A DNA stretch of 64,000 nt from Paraspadella gotoi (taxonomy: Eukaryota > Animalia > Chaetognatha). The stretch is taken from assembly GCA_051294375.1 (NCBI GenBank), contig CM119266.1:5817053-5881052 (forward strand), written 5' to 3'. Positions 50,976 through 64,000 of the stretch are shown in pieces. Positions within the stretch are counted from its first letter, which is position 1; the number at the start of each line of letters is the position of its first letter. Under the pieces are notes generated by a model, which was not told the origin of the DNA, ran no database searches, and saw nothing but the letters and a program-made list of their open reading frames with translations. Position numbers and translations under genes: made by a program.

Positions 50976-51180
50976 CACTTCATTGATAGGGAAGCCAGGT
51001 ACTCCGAGAGTTAATAAAGGAGACTGTGAGAGAGTCTTGATTGAAAGCTTGCAGGGACCTGCTATGTCATTATCGTGTAAGAGTGATGGAGGCCTTAAGC
51101 CACCAAAGCCTGTCCAAAGTTATGGGCAAGCTAGATCATTAAATGAATGGATAATTTTTATATTGTTTGTACCAATTTCA
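50976..51180 (-). mobile_element. Family A repeat copy, near full length
   Basis: Close reverse complement of 60562-60768. Confidence 0.85.
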
Positions 51181-51798
51181 TTTAATTTCGTAGAAGGAAT
51201 GGAGGTTCTAACCCAACAGAGCGAATCCAAAGTCAATGAATGAAAAACAATTTTTTTATGTCAGTAGTCCAATGCAGGAGGAAATGCAACCTAAACAAAG
51301 CGCAAATCGGATCGAAGATGAATCCGCCAGACATTGGCAATCATCCGGATTCATGGGAATCGGAATCGACCAATCAGCTTGCAGAACCAATGGAATTGTA
51401 ATTTAATAGAATATAGATATAATCATATATAGGTTATCTATTATAACACACTTATCTTTTAATTATAGCCTTTTCTTTCTTCTCACGACCCTCAAGTCAC
51501 ATTAATATCATTTTCCCTAATATTCTAAGGTAATTAGTTACTTCGCTTCAGTCGCCGGGAAAGTTTTTGGCTAAAAATAAACTCAATTATTCTGGATGAA
51601 CGAACAACTTTCATCAGCGACGAGTTTAAGTAATAATGAAAAATAAAGAAAAAGAAAAAAAGAAAGAAGAAAAAAGGAAAACATTTGGATTTTTAACTTG
51701 AGATGATTTATGAAACGAAATCTGTTCGAGGTCACTGATTGAGCGATTGGGCGATGAGATTTTGGATATAAAAAGAAGACCAGTTTGTGAGTGTGTGT

Positions 51799-51830
<32 letters not shown>

Positions 51831-54319
51831 TTAAAACGGAAGTAAGTTCATGAGAAAGTCGGTGAATTTCGTGACTGCTCTCTCTCTTCTCTTTCTCTCT
51901 CTCTCTTCTCTCTCTCCTTCTCTCNNNNNNNNNNNNNNNNNNNNNNNNNNNNNNNNNNNNNNNNNNNNNNNNNNNNNNNNNNNNNNNNNNNNNNNNNNNN
52001 NNNNNNNNNNNNNNNNNNNNNNNNNNNNNNNNNNNNNNNNNNNNNNNNNNNNNNNNNNNNNNNNGACCACTCACCCAAAGCTTAACCGATTAACCACCGT
52101 TAAATAACCGACCCAATCGCCCACAATCTCAACCACCCTTGATTTGACCACAGTTTTATCCACAGCCTCAACCACAGCCTCTCCCCACTGCTTTCCATTT
52201 TTACCTCCAAGTTNNNNNNNNNNNNNNNNNNNNNNNNNNNNNNNNNNNNNNNNNNNNNNNNNNNNNNNNNNNNNNNNNNNNNNNNNNNNNNNNNNNNNNN
52301 NNNNNNNNNNNNNNNNNNNNNNNNNNNNNNNNNNNNNNNNNNNNNNNNNNNNNNNNNNNNNNNNNNNNNNNNNNNNNNNNNNNNNNNNNNNNNNNNNNNN
52401 NNNNNNNNNNNNNNNNNNNNNNNNNNNNNNNNNNNNNNNNNNNNNNNNNNNNNNNNNNNNNNNNNNNNNNNNNNNNNNNNNNNNNNNNNNNNNNNNNNNN
52501 NNNNNNNNNNNNNNNNNNNNNNNNNNNNNNNNNNNNNNNNNNNNNNNNNNNNNNNNNNNNNNNNNNNNNNNNNNNNNNNNNNNNNNNNNNNNNNNNNNNN
52601 NNNNNNNNNNNNNNNNNNNNNNNNNNNNNNNNNNNNNNNNNNNNNNNNNNNNNNNNNNNNNNNNNNNNNNNNNNNNNNNNNNNNNNNNNNNNNNNNNNNN
52701 NNNNNNNNNNNNNNNNNNNNNNNNNNNNNNNNNNNNNNNNNNNNNNNNNNNNNNNNNNNNNNNNNNNNNNNNNNNNNNNNNNNNNNNNNNNNNNNNNNNN
52801 NNNNNNNNNNNNNNNNNNNNNNNNNNNNNNNNNNNNNNNNNNNNNNNNNNNNNNNNNNNNNNNNNNNNNNNNNNNNNNNNNNNNNNNNNNNNNNNNNNNN
52901 NNNNNNNNNNNTTATAAAGTTTAGAAAGAAATTAAGAAATGTCGTTTTTTCTAAAAAAAACCTGAATAGAAGTGACCGAGGAAAAAAAAGAAATTTAAGG
53001 GGAAAAAATTTGGGGGGAAAACGTGATGAGTTTCACAAATTGTGAAATGGATTTCTCGTAAAGTTCATTTTGGGCGGACGTGTTGAGGATTAGTGAAGTC
53101 TCTGAATAGTTCACGAAGACTTTGAGAAGACCCTGGAAGACCCTGTGAGACCCTTGGCCGAGTGAGCAAGTTCTTTGACGCACTTTAAAAAACCTTTCGC
53201 GAACTCTGAATGACAACCTTTCGTTTCAAATTCCAAGGCTGAGAAATAGAAAAAAGTTCCATGTAGAAACAGGAAACACGTGGGATGGAGAATGACTACT
53301 AATGGAAATGGAATAAGGAAAACAAAGGAGAGGTCAAATAAAAACAGAGGAGTGTAACGAAACAGAAGTAACGAAAATAGAAGTTTTGAAGGAGAAAAAA
53401 ATTAAAAAAAAAAAAAATTCAAGAAAATGTGGACGAACCATTTTTTCAATTTTTTTTTCAAGAAAACTTTGACAGAAATAAGGAAAAAAAGAAAAGAATG
53501 AAGATAGTGACGAAAAAAAAGGGAAAAAAAGAAAAAAAGAAAAAAAAAACACGTGACTCATCAGAATTTCGGATCCTTTTTCTCTTTTTGCGAATCGACT
53601 ACTTTTTTTGTTTGTTTATTTTTCTAAATCTCTTTTTTTTTGGCTTAAATGGGGTCAAACGGATCAAAAATGACTCAGACTTAGGGTCACGGCATTTAGT
53701 TTAAAATGTACTTTTTTTCTTTTATTTTTAGTTGTTTTTTTTTAAGTTTGAGATTAAGTCAACTTTTTGATTAAAATCGAGAGACAAAGTTCTTCATAGA
53801 ATTTAGTCAGAAGAGAGAAAGAAATTAGAAAAAAAGAAAGAAAAAAAAGAAAGAATTGAAATCAAAATAAAAGAAAACGGAGGCGAAAAGTCATAATAAA
53901 AAGACCAGATTAAACAAAACATTTTAATAAAAAATAAAAAGTTAACGAAATGAAGAAATGAGAAAAAAATATTTAAAAAATATTTTTTTTAAAAATGTTA
54001 TCGGTGGATAAATTTTTAAATAAACGATACTTTTCTCTTGTTTAAGAAAATTCGAGGTTTAATACAAAATTTAAATTGTGATTAAGGCTTAAAGACAATG
54101 GCGAGTTATCAAAAAGAGTTTGTTTTGTTTGTTTCCTCAAAACAAAATGGAAAAACAAGATTGCAAAATAGTCGCTATGAATTTTACATTTTCACACAAG
54201 TGTAAAGTAATATAACGATAAATAACTATACTTTGTGACTGATTAAAACATTCCGATTTATCTATCATAACTCCCTCATCCTACTTAATCTCTTTTATTC
54301 CAAAATATAATCTAATTTT

Positions 54320-54465
54320 CTTAATTCAATCAATTCAATTCAATACAATCACTTCTTAATTCAATCAATCCAATTCAATTCAATCAATTCGATTCAATCA
54401 CTTCTTAATTCAATCAATCCAATTCAATTCAATTCAATCAATTCTTAATTCAATCACTTCAATCT
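54320..54465. repeat. (TTCAA/TCAA)n satellite
   Basis: Direct observation. Confidence 0.85.
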
Positions 54466-56190
54466 CTAAACATTTTGTTCGCCCTCATTTTTCTTCCTTT
54501 TTTTCCCTCGATGATCGAAAAACTATTTTAAAACTAATTTACGATCAATAAACTAAAAATTATCTTTATTATAAAAAAATTCGCTCCCCCCCCGCCAAAA
54601 TAAATTAAACTCTCATGACTATTGACCTCAAAGCATGATCTGTGAATTAAGTCTCAACAAAAGACTGCTATTAAAGTAATATATTTTAAAAAATTAAATA
54701 TTACTAAAGGTTAAATGTCAAACAAAAGATCATTCTCCTTTATTCCCCGCGAATCGCGTCAAGACGAAAAAATTAATCCAGGATAATCGTATAAGATATT
54801 CTCTCTCTCTCTCTCTCCTTCCCTCTCTCTCTCTCCTCTCTCTATCTCTCGTCTCTCATCTCTCTCTCTCTCTCTCTCTCCTCTCTCTCCCGTCTTCTTC
54901 CTCCTCCTCGTTTTCCCTCTGTTTCTTTTTTAATGTTTCTCTTCAATTCGTTTTTTTCCCCTTGGTTTTCTTTTTTTTTGTCTTGTTGATTTTTTGTGTT
55001 GATGAAACAAACAGAAAAAAAAGATTAAAGGCGAATTTTTTTTCCTCGTTTTTTCGATATATATATTTGTAAAGTGAAAGAAGGAAGATAAAGTGATAAA
55101 GTGATAAGAAGGAAAAAGAAAAAAGTGATAAAGTGATAAAGTGATAAGAAGGAAAAAGAGGTTGAGAATTTTCTTTTCTTCATCAGGGCGAGATATATCG
55201 AGCCTTCACTGTCTTGTTTTCAGCCCGAATAAAGAATACTATTAAAATTAAAAATATATATAAGATTTAGAAATTAAAAAGCTGTATTAATCATTTTAGA
55301 AGATTAAAATTTACAAGAGTAATTGTGCAATTTTTATCTATTACTAAAGAATACTATATAATTATAGCAACAAGAAAAAATAAAAAAAATTTTGTTCGGA
55401 TAGTTAATTTAATTTAATATTAAAAAAAACTTCCTAATTACTTTTAACATAAATAATTACTTTTTACATAAACAACTAAAGTTTTGAAAATGAAAGGCCA
55501 CTGGCCACGGCCTTGAGAGTCTTCTCCGCTCACAATCACGTCAGAAACTATTCCATGTACTTTAAACTTTAAAGTTCGTGTTTACTTTATATTTAGTTTA
55601 TAGTTTTCAACTTGTTTTCTTTTCTCCTTCAAATTTTTTCGCAAAAAAAAAAAAAAAAATCTTAAGAAGTTTTGATGTTTTTCAAAGATTTGGTGCACGA
55701 TTTTTTGCAGATTGAAATATTTTTTAGTCAAAATTAGAAACTAGAACAAAAATAAACCTTGAGATCAGAGAGAAAATAAATAAATAAATTTAAATTTAAA
55801 TTTAAATTTAAAATATTTTAGTATCATTTATTATCATGATTTCTATAACCGCTTTTTGTAAGAATTCAAAGTATTTATATCCGTGTGAGGCGTAGTTTCA
55901 CTGTATCTTGCTGTATCTGCGACATCCAGGCGACGTTGATGTCGATGTCCATCATCTTCAGCGACGACGACGACGACGACGATAGTAATGACGAAGACGA
56001 AGAAGACAAAATAAAATACGATTTCAATTTTTTTTCTTGTTTATTTTCTTTAATTTTTTTCAACTCGTCGATTTGACGCTAAAAGTTTCGAGCGAATTTG
56101 CTGGAACTCTCGGTTGCACAAAAAGTGTTGGTGCCTCGAAGTATGAAAAATAATTAGAAAGTGCGAGAGAGTTTAGTCTCGATGACGTAC

Positions 56191-56229
<39 letters not shown>

Positions 56230-56684
56230 AAAGCAGTGACCAACGAGGCCACGATTATGAGAAAGATTCTTAATAATATTGATTTTAATTTTGAGATAAA
56301 TACTTTCGAACTAAATTTATGAATCTTATTTATATTCATTTTCTAAAAAGGATTTAAATAACGAAATAATATAAATATAAATATTGTTGTTTTTTTTGTT
56401 TTAATCGTAAAACGAAGACACGAAATTTCTAGAAAATTTTCAATCTTTTTATTTTCAAATTCGGGGAAAAGAAATCGGTTGTTCTCCGCAAAAATCTTTC
56501 CACCTCAATTTTTTTTTCTTTTTTTTTTTTTTTTTTGAAAAACAGAAATTTTGTTTTGTTCGGCGAAAAAATCTTGGAATCTCGAAACTAAAAAAAAGAA
56601 AGAAAAAGAAAGAAAAAGAAAAAAAAGGGAAGAGGAAGAGAATCAAAGACAGAGATTCCATGTTTCCTTCTTTATTCTTTTTTT

Positions 56685-56763
<79 letters not shown>

Positions 56764-56765
56764 TT

Positions 56766-56821
<56 letters not shown>

Positions 56822-58767
56822 TTTTATTTATTTATTATTTCTTTCTTCTTTCTTTCTTTCTTTCTTTCTTTCTTTCACCACTTTCTTTACTTCCCCATCC
56901 TTCTTTTTAACCATTGACTTAATCAATTCTGAATCTTCTCAATTTTTTTATTTCTTCTCATTTCAAATCTTTTTATTTCTTTTCTTTTCCTATTATTTTT
57001 CCTTTTTTCTTTTTCCCTCAATCATGTTATCTCCTTTTCTTTTTTCTTTCTTTCTTTCTTTCCTTTCTCTCTTTTCTTTCAATTCCCAAAAGTCATTAAC
57101 GGATTTTTCGAACGGATTTTTTTTGATCAAAACCCTTTTTTTTTTTTTTTTTTTTGCGGATCGCACGAGAAAGTCTTTGGTTTCCACGATCCGTCGCAGC
57201 CGCCGCAGGCTCCGTCGCCGCTGCCCCCCGCCGCCGCATCCAAATCGCAGCAGCCGACACACCCCCCCGCAGCCTCTTTCCCCCCTTCCCCCTTTTGGCC
57301 CAATGCACCGATGCCATTTGAAAGAGAAATTTGGGCAAATGTTGCACTGAATTTTGCGGTAAAAATAAAAGAGAAATCGCATTTCTATTTTATTACGCTT
57401 TTGTGGACTCACGGATATCTGACATACGGACGGATGGAAGGACGGACCTGAAGGGCAGAGGGAGGGATGGATGGATGGAGGGATAGAGGGAGGGACGGAC
57501 GGAGGAGACGGACGGACGGATATAGGGACAAAATTGTGGGCTTTAGTTTTTCTCCGAAGATTAAATGCTTTCTGTATTATTTCAAACAAATTTAACAACA
57601 GAATTTGAAAAAAGTTTACTAAAATATTTTATCATTTGGTTCATAGTTAAGACAAGTGCTCAGAGAGCGTTGATTGGTAGAAAGTCCTGCGATGTTAATT
57701 TCTTCTTATTATATTTTCTTAATTAATTTTTTTATATTGCTTTTACTAAGTTTAGATTAAATGAAATTCGTTAAAATTGTTTTCTCCTCACGAAATGGTA
57801 TCTTACATACGTATACAAGTGAGTTAAACAAGTATTGCAACGCGAGTTGACTCCAATGAAACGCCGATTAATATACTGGACTGACGCCCGTTGCAATTAT
57901 GGTCTCGCAATAACGGCCAGAACGACCATCGGCCATTGGGCGCCGCGCCAGAATCGTCTCGCAAAAATGTCGGCAACGTCGACGAAGCAGAATGGGAATT
58001 GGGGAAAGCGTTTGGTCGGTTTTGTGTCGGTTTTGTGTCGGTTATGCGGGGTTAAGTTCTGGCTTCGTCAATTAAACTTTTTAACTATAGATATAAACAA
58101 ATATTTTTATTTAAAATATAGTTACAAAAAATTTGAAGAGGTAAAGTTTGATTACGACTTTTTCTCCTTTAAGCAGGAAATGAAAATACGTAGTAGGGTA
58201 GTTAAGCCCCAAAATAAACCAGTTGGAAAAGTATAATGAATTTGGAGGAAGGATTTTGTCATTAACGTCTCCACCGGAAAACGACTTAATTGTAAATCGC
58301 CAGATGTTAAAAGCGGCAGATTTGAATTTCAATAACGATAACTGTCAGTTGTAAGAGGGAATTTGTAAAATTCAGACACGAGAAAGGAATATTTAATTTT
58401 TGTAATTGTACAACTACATTTTAAAAATAGTAAAGGGTATAATTCTGTAATTACTGATCTTCCCAGATTTGAGGTTTTAATCATCGCCGGTTTCCAACGA
58501 CCGGTCGGCAATATTTTCCGAGAACGACCAATTTCAAGTCAAAAGAAGTTTTAAAGATAAGGATAAGGACTTGGTTAAGGATTAAAGTCTGGGATTATAT
58601 TAAGGATTTAGTTTAGAATTTAATTTGGTTAAAGATTATGGTTAAGAATTGAAATTAAAATTAGTATTAAAAAACAAGGTTAGGATTGTGGCGACAAATG
58701 TTTTGCCACAATGGGGTCAACTCAAGTTCGCCACTGTATTTAGTGGTCGCAAGTAAAGCCGGCTACT

Positions 58768-58813
<46 letters not shown>

Positions 58814-59693
58814 CTTGAAGTTAGTCTTGTATGTCTGTCTCTTACAATATTTCGCCAATATAAGTTATTATATTATTTTAGTAATTAGGGTAAGGGAATA
58901 GGGTTAAATATTTGGTTAAAGATTTAGTTAGAATGTTGGGAAAAAACTTTTATGAAGATTCATCATCGAACTTTTATTCATTTGAATATTTATTCATTGA
59001 CAAATAAAACATTTTATTACATGTCTATTCTTTTATTATTCATTGATTGATATTTGTTATTCTATGTCTTTTCTTTTCAGCTATCATGAGTTATTAATGA
59101 TTATAGGAGAGGTGTTAGGTTAATGATAGGTTATATGGTTCTTGATCATTGTGTTTCTTTTCTGATCTATTACAGTGTAGATTCCAGGGTGCACTGTCAA
59201 TGAATGGCCGCCCGTGATCAATCATTCTCTGGTTGGAGTAAAATTTTCTGCCATGCCTTAACTTTCAATACTTATTAAGGGGTACGCAGGATTCGCCCCC
59301 TAATACTGGTGCATCATCCATTATCCACATTGAATGGAGAACCTACTGTATGTTGAAAATTAGCTACTCCTCTCTTTGGAGTGCTGCTTCACTGTCTCTC
59401 AGTCTGTCAAAATCAGTCTGTCAAAATAATCCTGAGGTCCTCCAAATTCTAAACTATAAATATGAAGGTTGAATATCAAAGTTAAAACTATCTTTAAGGA
59501 TTAAGAAAGAGAAACGGGGCGCTATCCGAAAATAGTGCACGACGGCCTGACTCTCTGCTTAATTTCTGTAATTCCGAGTCAAAGGAGAGAGAATAAAATT
59601 TCTTTAATTGCTCTGAGAGTGAAAGAAATACTATTTGTACCAGAGAAAGGAAACCCTAATGATGGGGCCCTTTTGAAGAGAGAGAGAGAGGTC

Positions 59694-59724
<31 letters not shown>

Positions 59725-60230
59725 TGAGAGAGAGGAGAGAGAGAGAGAGAGAGAGAGAGCAGAGAGAGAGAGAGAAAGAGAATTTGCTTGCAAAATGGTT
59801 TGGTTTAGTTTGCACCGACGGAAGATTCAGGGATTTGCGAGTCACATTTCTTCTTTGCTACAGAAATGATCCGAGTCGCTAAGAGAGAAAAGAGAGAGGG
59901 AGAGAGAGAGAGAGAAAGAGAGAGGGAGAGAGAGAGAGAGAAAGAAAGAGAGATTCAGAGAGAGAAAAAGAAAGAGAGATTGAGAGAGAAAGAGAGTGAG
60001 TAATTTTTTCACGACTTTAGTCGATTAACAAAGGATTAGTGAAAAGAAAAAGAAACCAATAAGCCTCGCAAATAACAACAACATCAAAACAACAACAACA
60101 AAAACAACAACAACAAAAACAACAACAACAACGGCTTTCAACGTCTGCAGTTTAATCGACGTCGTTCGATAAATGAGGACAAAATCGCTCATTGGCAGAA
60201 AAGTTGGTCGTTCGGGCTGCGGTCAAAGTG

Positions 60231-60265
<35 letters not shown>

Positions 60266-60561
60266 TCTCTCTCTCTCTCTCTCTCTCTGGTCCAAGAGGG
60301 AAGAGTCAAGCATTAACCCGTTTATTTCTTTTATCTGTAATCAATCCAGTTGTCCGTCAGTCCGTTTAAATGTCAATTTTTATATTAGTCTAACTTTAAT
60401 TTCTTTAGCTTTTTGTCATCTAAAATTAGTCCACTCGGCGTCTGTACCCTTAACTTTGATGATTTACATTTATAATCGATTAAACCTGAAATTATCTCAT
60501 TTTCTCAAATATTTTATCATTCAGCAATTTCATATTTTGTTTTTCAGATGGCTTCTTCAAT

Positions 60562-60768
60562 AAAATTAGTACAACCAATATAAAAATTGTTCATTCATTT
60601 AATAAATAAGCTAAATTAAGCCTAACTTTGGACAGGCTTTGGTGGTTTAAGGCATCCATCACTCTTACAAGACAACGACATAGCAGGTCCCTGCAAGCTT
60701 TCAATCAAGACTCTCTCACAGTCTCGTTTATTCACTCCCGGAGTACCTAGCTTCCCAATTAATGAAGT
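60562..60768 (+). mobile_element. Dispersed ~200-bp non-autonomous repeat (family A), near full-length copy
   Basis: Shares aaattggtacaaccaatat...ctgactttggacaggc...gcaagctttcaatcaagactctctcacagtc...gagtacctggcttcc with copies at ~974-1135(+), 5885-6024(-), 8420-8505(+, degenerate), 23859-23932(+), 28105-28270(+), 28558-28705(+), 30047-30175(+), 36094-36270(-), 44148-44322(-), 50976-51180(-). Confidence 0.85.
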
Positions 60769-62441
60769 ATATTATTTCAAATGTATTCTATGTATAAAAG
60801 GACCATTTCCCTTAAGCGTATTTGATATCTTTTTGTACTTTCTTTTTTCATTTTTATATTTTCCTTTTATTCTTTTTTTCTTTTCTCCATTTTTTAAATC
60901 TTAACGACTTCAAAGAAACTCCGTTGCTAATTAATTTAATTTTAAACTTTTAAAATCATAACTGACAAAAAGAAATGATTTAAGTCTTGAGTCGTTGTTA
61001 CGAGAAATCACAGCTTTTCTACTTTTGACTCTTTGCTCATTTCACATTCCCTTCCTTCCATCCCTTATTTTCTTTATTTTTCTTTATTCTTTATTCTCTT
61101 TCCTTTTATTCCTTTTCTTTTTTTCTCTTTCTTTTTTCCTCCCTTCCTCCCAATTTTCTTTCTTCTATTTTCTTTTATTTTTTTCCTTTTCTTTTTCTCT
61201 TTCCTTCTTCCTCCCTTCCTCCCATTTTCATTTCTTATTTTTTCTTTTCTTTTTTCCTTTTCTTTTTCTCTTTCCTTCTTCCTCCAATTTTTCTTCTTCT
61301 CTTTTCTTTTCTTTTTTCTTTTCTTTTTCTCCTTCCTTCTTCCTCCCTTCCTCCCATTTTTCTTTCTTCTCTTTTCTTTTCTCTTTTCCTTTTCATTTTC
61401 TCCTTCCTTCTTTCCTTCTTTCTCCCTTCCTCTGTCATTTCCTTTCCTTCGTTTTCTTTTTTCCTGTTTCTCTTTCCTACTTTCCTTCCTCCCTTCCTCT
61501 TATTTTTGCTCTGCTTTTTTTCCTCCTTTTTTCTCCGTCTGATTCCCTGTCAAATGAATTCTCATCCCGTCTCGGATCTTCGTCCAAGAAAAAAGAAAGA
61601 AAAAAAGAAAAGAAAGAAGATCCAATGAGGTTACATTAATGGCGCCAACGAAAAATTCCCCGCTGCCCATCGCAATATGGACTTTGCTTTAGGTATTGCT
61701 TTATTCACAGGAATTACTTTATTTGCTTTATTCATATGAATTGCTTTACCACAATAGATTTGCTTTATTTAAATGATTTGCTTTTTAACTAGGTAATTTG
61801 CTTCATTTACATGATTTGCCTTACCTAATATGCTAATAATAAATTTGGTTCTTTCAAAGAAGGTGCCTTACCCAGTTAATAAACTTTTTCTTTAAAGAAA
61901 TTGCAATATTAAATGGAATTGATATTAATAACATTAAACAACTATTGGTTTACCCATAGAAAAAAATTTATGAGTCATCGGCCGCTGCGCTGAATATGGA
62001 TTTTAGAGATATATGTTCTTTCTGCTTGGAATCTAATCAAATATTATGTAAAACTTACCTTACTTTTCAAACAATATGGATTTAATTAATTATTATTTAA
62101 ATATTTATTGTTATAGTTATATTTTTAGTAATAGTTATACTTATAGTGATAGTATGAATTAGTTACAATAAGTTATTATCTAAATTGTGATCATTTCAAT
62201 AGGTTTTTAGCTCAAGGCGCCGAGGTCATTGACTCGACGAAGGGCGAAAAACAAAAGGATTTAAACCTTAATGCGATAGATGTCGCTAATAGACGAAAGA
62301 AGAAATAACGAGGCTTCGAAACAATGGAACATCGCGAAAACGAACGCGGGAAAAAAAACTCTTATATGCAAATGAGAAAATTAGAAATTACAACGACAAT
62401 GGGGGAGAAAAATTACTAACCGATTAACGCAGAGGGAGAGA

Positions 62442-62482
<41 letters not shown>

Positions 62483-63056
62483 AGAGATAGTACGAGAGAA
62501 GAGAGGAGAGAGAGAGAGAGAGAGAGTGGAATAGACTTTTTCAAGAAGTTTTCTTTTCGTGTGTAAAATCCATTATGGCTTCGGGTTCAACGAACGATCA
62601 GGATTTCAAGTTTATATCTTTATTCTCATTGTTATTCCAAATGTTTATTTAGCTAAAATCGATGGAAAAAAAAGGAAGGACTAATTACACGAAATACACT
62701 TCTTTCCACAAATTTAATTTTAAGCGTAAGATAAAATGTTTTCCAATTTTCCTTAATTTTAAATGCTTAATTATTATTATTTTCACTTTTTCTCATTATC
62801 TCCTTTTTTATGTCATTTAATTCCATCGTCTATCACAAAGTCAGAGCTCTTTTATGTCATTTAATCTCATCGTCTATCACAATGTCAGAGCCCTTTCATC
62901 CTCGCGTCTTTCTAGTTTTTAAATTCATTTTTAGACGCGCGGAAACGCGACTATTTAAGGCGCTTTTCTGCCCCTCTGTCTGTAATCGGAGAAAGAAACA
63001 ATTGTTACGGAAAAAGGTTTAATAGTTTAAAGAAAATTTATAGTTAAAGATTAACC

Positions 63057-63104
<48 letters not shown>

Positions 63105-63156
63105 ACCACGCGACTAATATTCAACAGTGGATTCATCGTCCTTGAATCAATCTCCG

Positions 63157-63531
63157 TTTTTAGTTGCGCCGCGAGTACTCGCGGAGCAACTCTATAAGTC
63201 ACTTTTCGGTCGGTCGGTCCGTCGGTCGGTATGTCTGTCTGTCGGTATGTCCCACTTAAGTTAAAAATGTATATATTTTATATATATATCTCATTTGTTA
63301 AGACAGAAAAAAACCTCAAATCGAAGGGACTCCAAGCGCCGCCGAAAGGAAATCCTAAAACTATAAGGAATAAAATACGGGATTTTGATGCAGTGCACGT
63401 CATATACGGGCTAAGAAAGTTATTGTAGTCATGTAGTCATATTATATCACTTCATATCATGTTATGTCACGAGAAATACACGTGATAAGGCAGTCACTGC
63501 GGCGCAACACATTTGAATTACCGTTCTTGTT
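63157..63531 (+). mobile_element. DINE-1/HINE-like (Helentron-associated) non-autonomous element
   Basis: T-rich 5' end, subterminal inverted repeats gttgcgccgc / gcggcgcaac, nearby partial IR gcggagcaac, GTCG/GTCT tetranucleotide run, T-rich 3' end; related reverse copy at 50066-50398. Confidence 0.65.
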
Positions 63532-63723
63532 CTTTTCAATTTCACTTTTTTTTCTTAATTCTTGTCTTTTTTTTTCATTTTATCATATTGCCTTATCGTT
63601 ATCCTATTTCCTAATTCCATATCCCAACATCATCACCTTTTTATATCAATTATATCTCCTTTTTTAAAGTCTTGTTTATCCATTTTCTTCTCATTTTTAA
63701 TCATCATTTTTTCTCTCTCTCTC

Positions 63724-63791
<68 letters not shown>

Positions 63792-63891
63792 TCTCTCTCC
63801 TTCTTCTTCTTCGTCCTTTTTGACCTTTTAGAAAATTTCCCTTTCATTGACTTCCCTTTACGACTCTTCACTTTTCTCTGCCTTTTATCAC

Positions 63892-63956
<65 letters not shown>

Positions 63957-64000
63957 CTCTCTCATTTTTCGTTCCTCCATTTTATCTTTCTTTTATTTTT

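Noticed and set aside
51583-52917. ORFs spanning N-runs
   Set aside because: Artefacts of assembly gaps.
55875-57350. GC-rich patches as possible exons
   Set aside because: No consistent splice sites or recognisable protein similarity.
59171-59350. Possible TA-CAGT...ACTG-TA mariner/pogo-type MITE
   Set aside because: Only about 6 terminal bases match cleanly and there is no second copy in the window.
60995-61639. 214-aa Phe/Ser-rich 'membrane' ORF
   Set aside because: Pyrimidine-rich tandem/low-complexity tract.

Overview
AT-rich, microsatellite-dense, intron-containing animal (probably invertebrate) genomic DNA with five N-gaps; no prokaryotic features. By splicing exons by hand (GT-AG, phase-checked) I can build four protein-coding genes. 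(1) A minus-strand secreted Ig-domain protein resembling FAM187A (~79-4666, runs off the window start). (2) A minus-strand carbonic anhydrase-related protein of the CA8/CARP VIII type (5521-28395, probable first exon to 31429). (3) A plus-strand Aa_trans (SLC36/AVT3-like) amino acid transporter (20726-26205) lying entirely inside an intron of gene 2. (4) A minus-strand atypical dual-specificity phosphatase with an intact HCVQGISRS motif (34192-~44528). I found no convincing coding exons from ~45 kb to the end. Non-coding DNA holds a ~200-bp dispersed repeat (about 11 copies), two inverted-repeat MITEs, DINE-1/HINE-like elements, minisatellites and a recurrent extended octamer motif. The most interesting observation is that the CA8-like protein keeps His94/His96 but has Gln at His119 and Leu at His64, a different inactivation pattern from vertebrate CA8. 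Most ORFs in the supplied track are microsatellite translations. Family assignments come from recalled motifs, not database searches.
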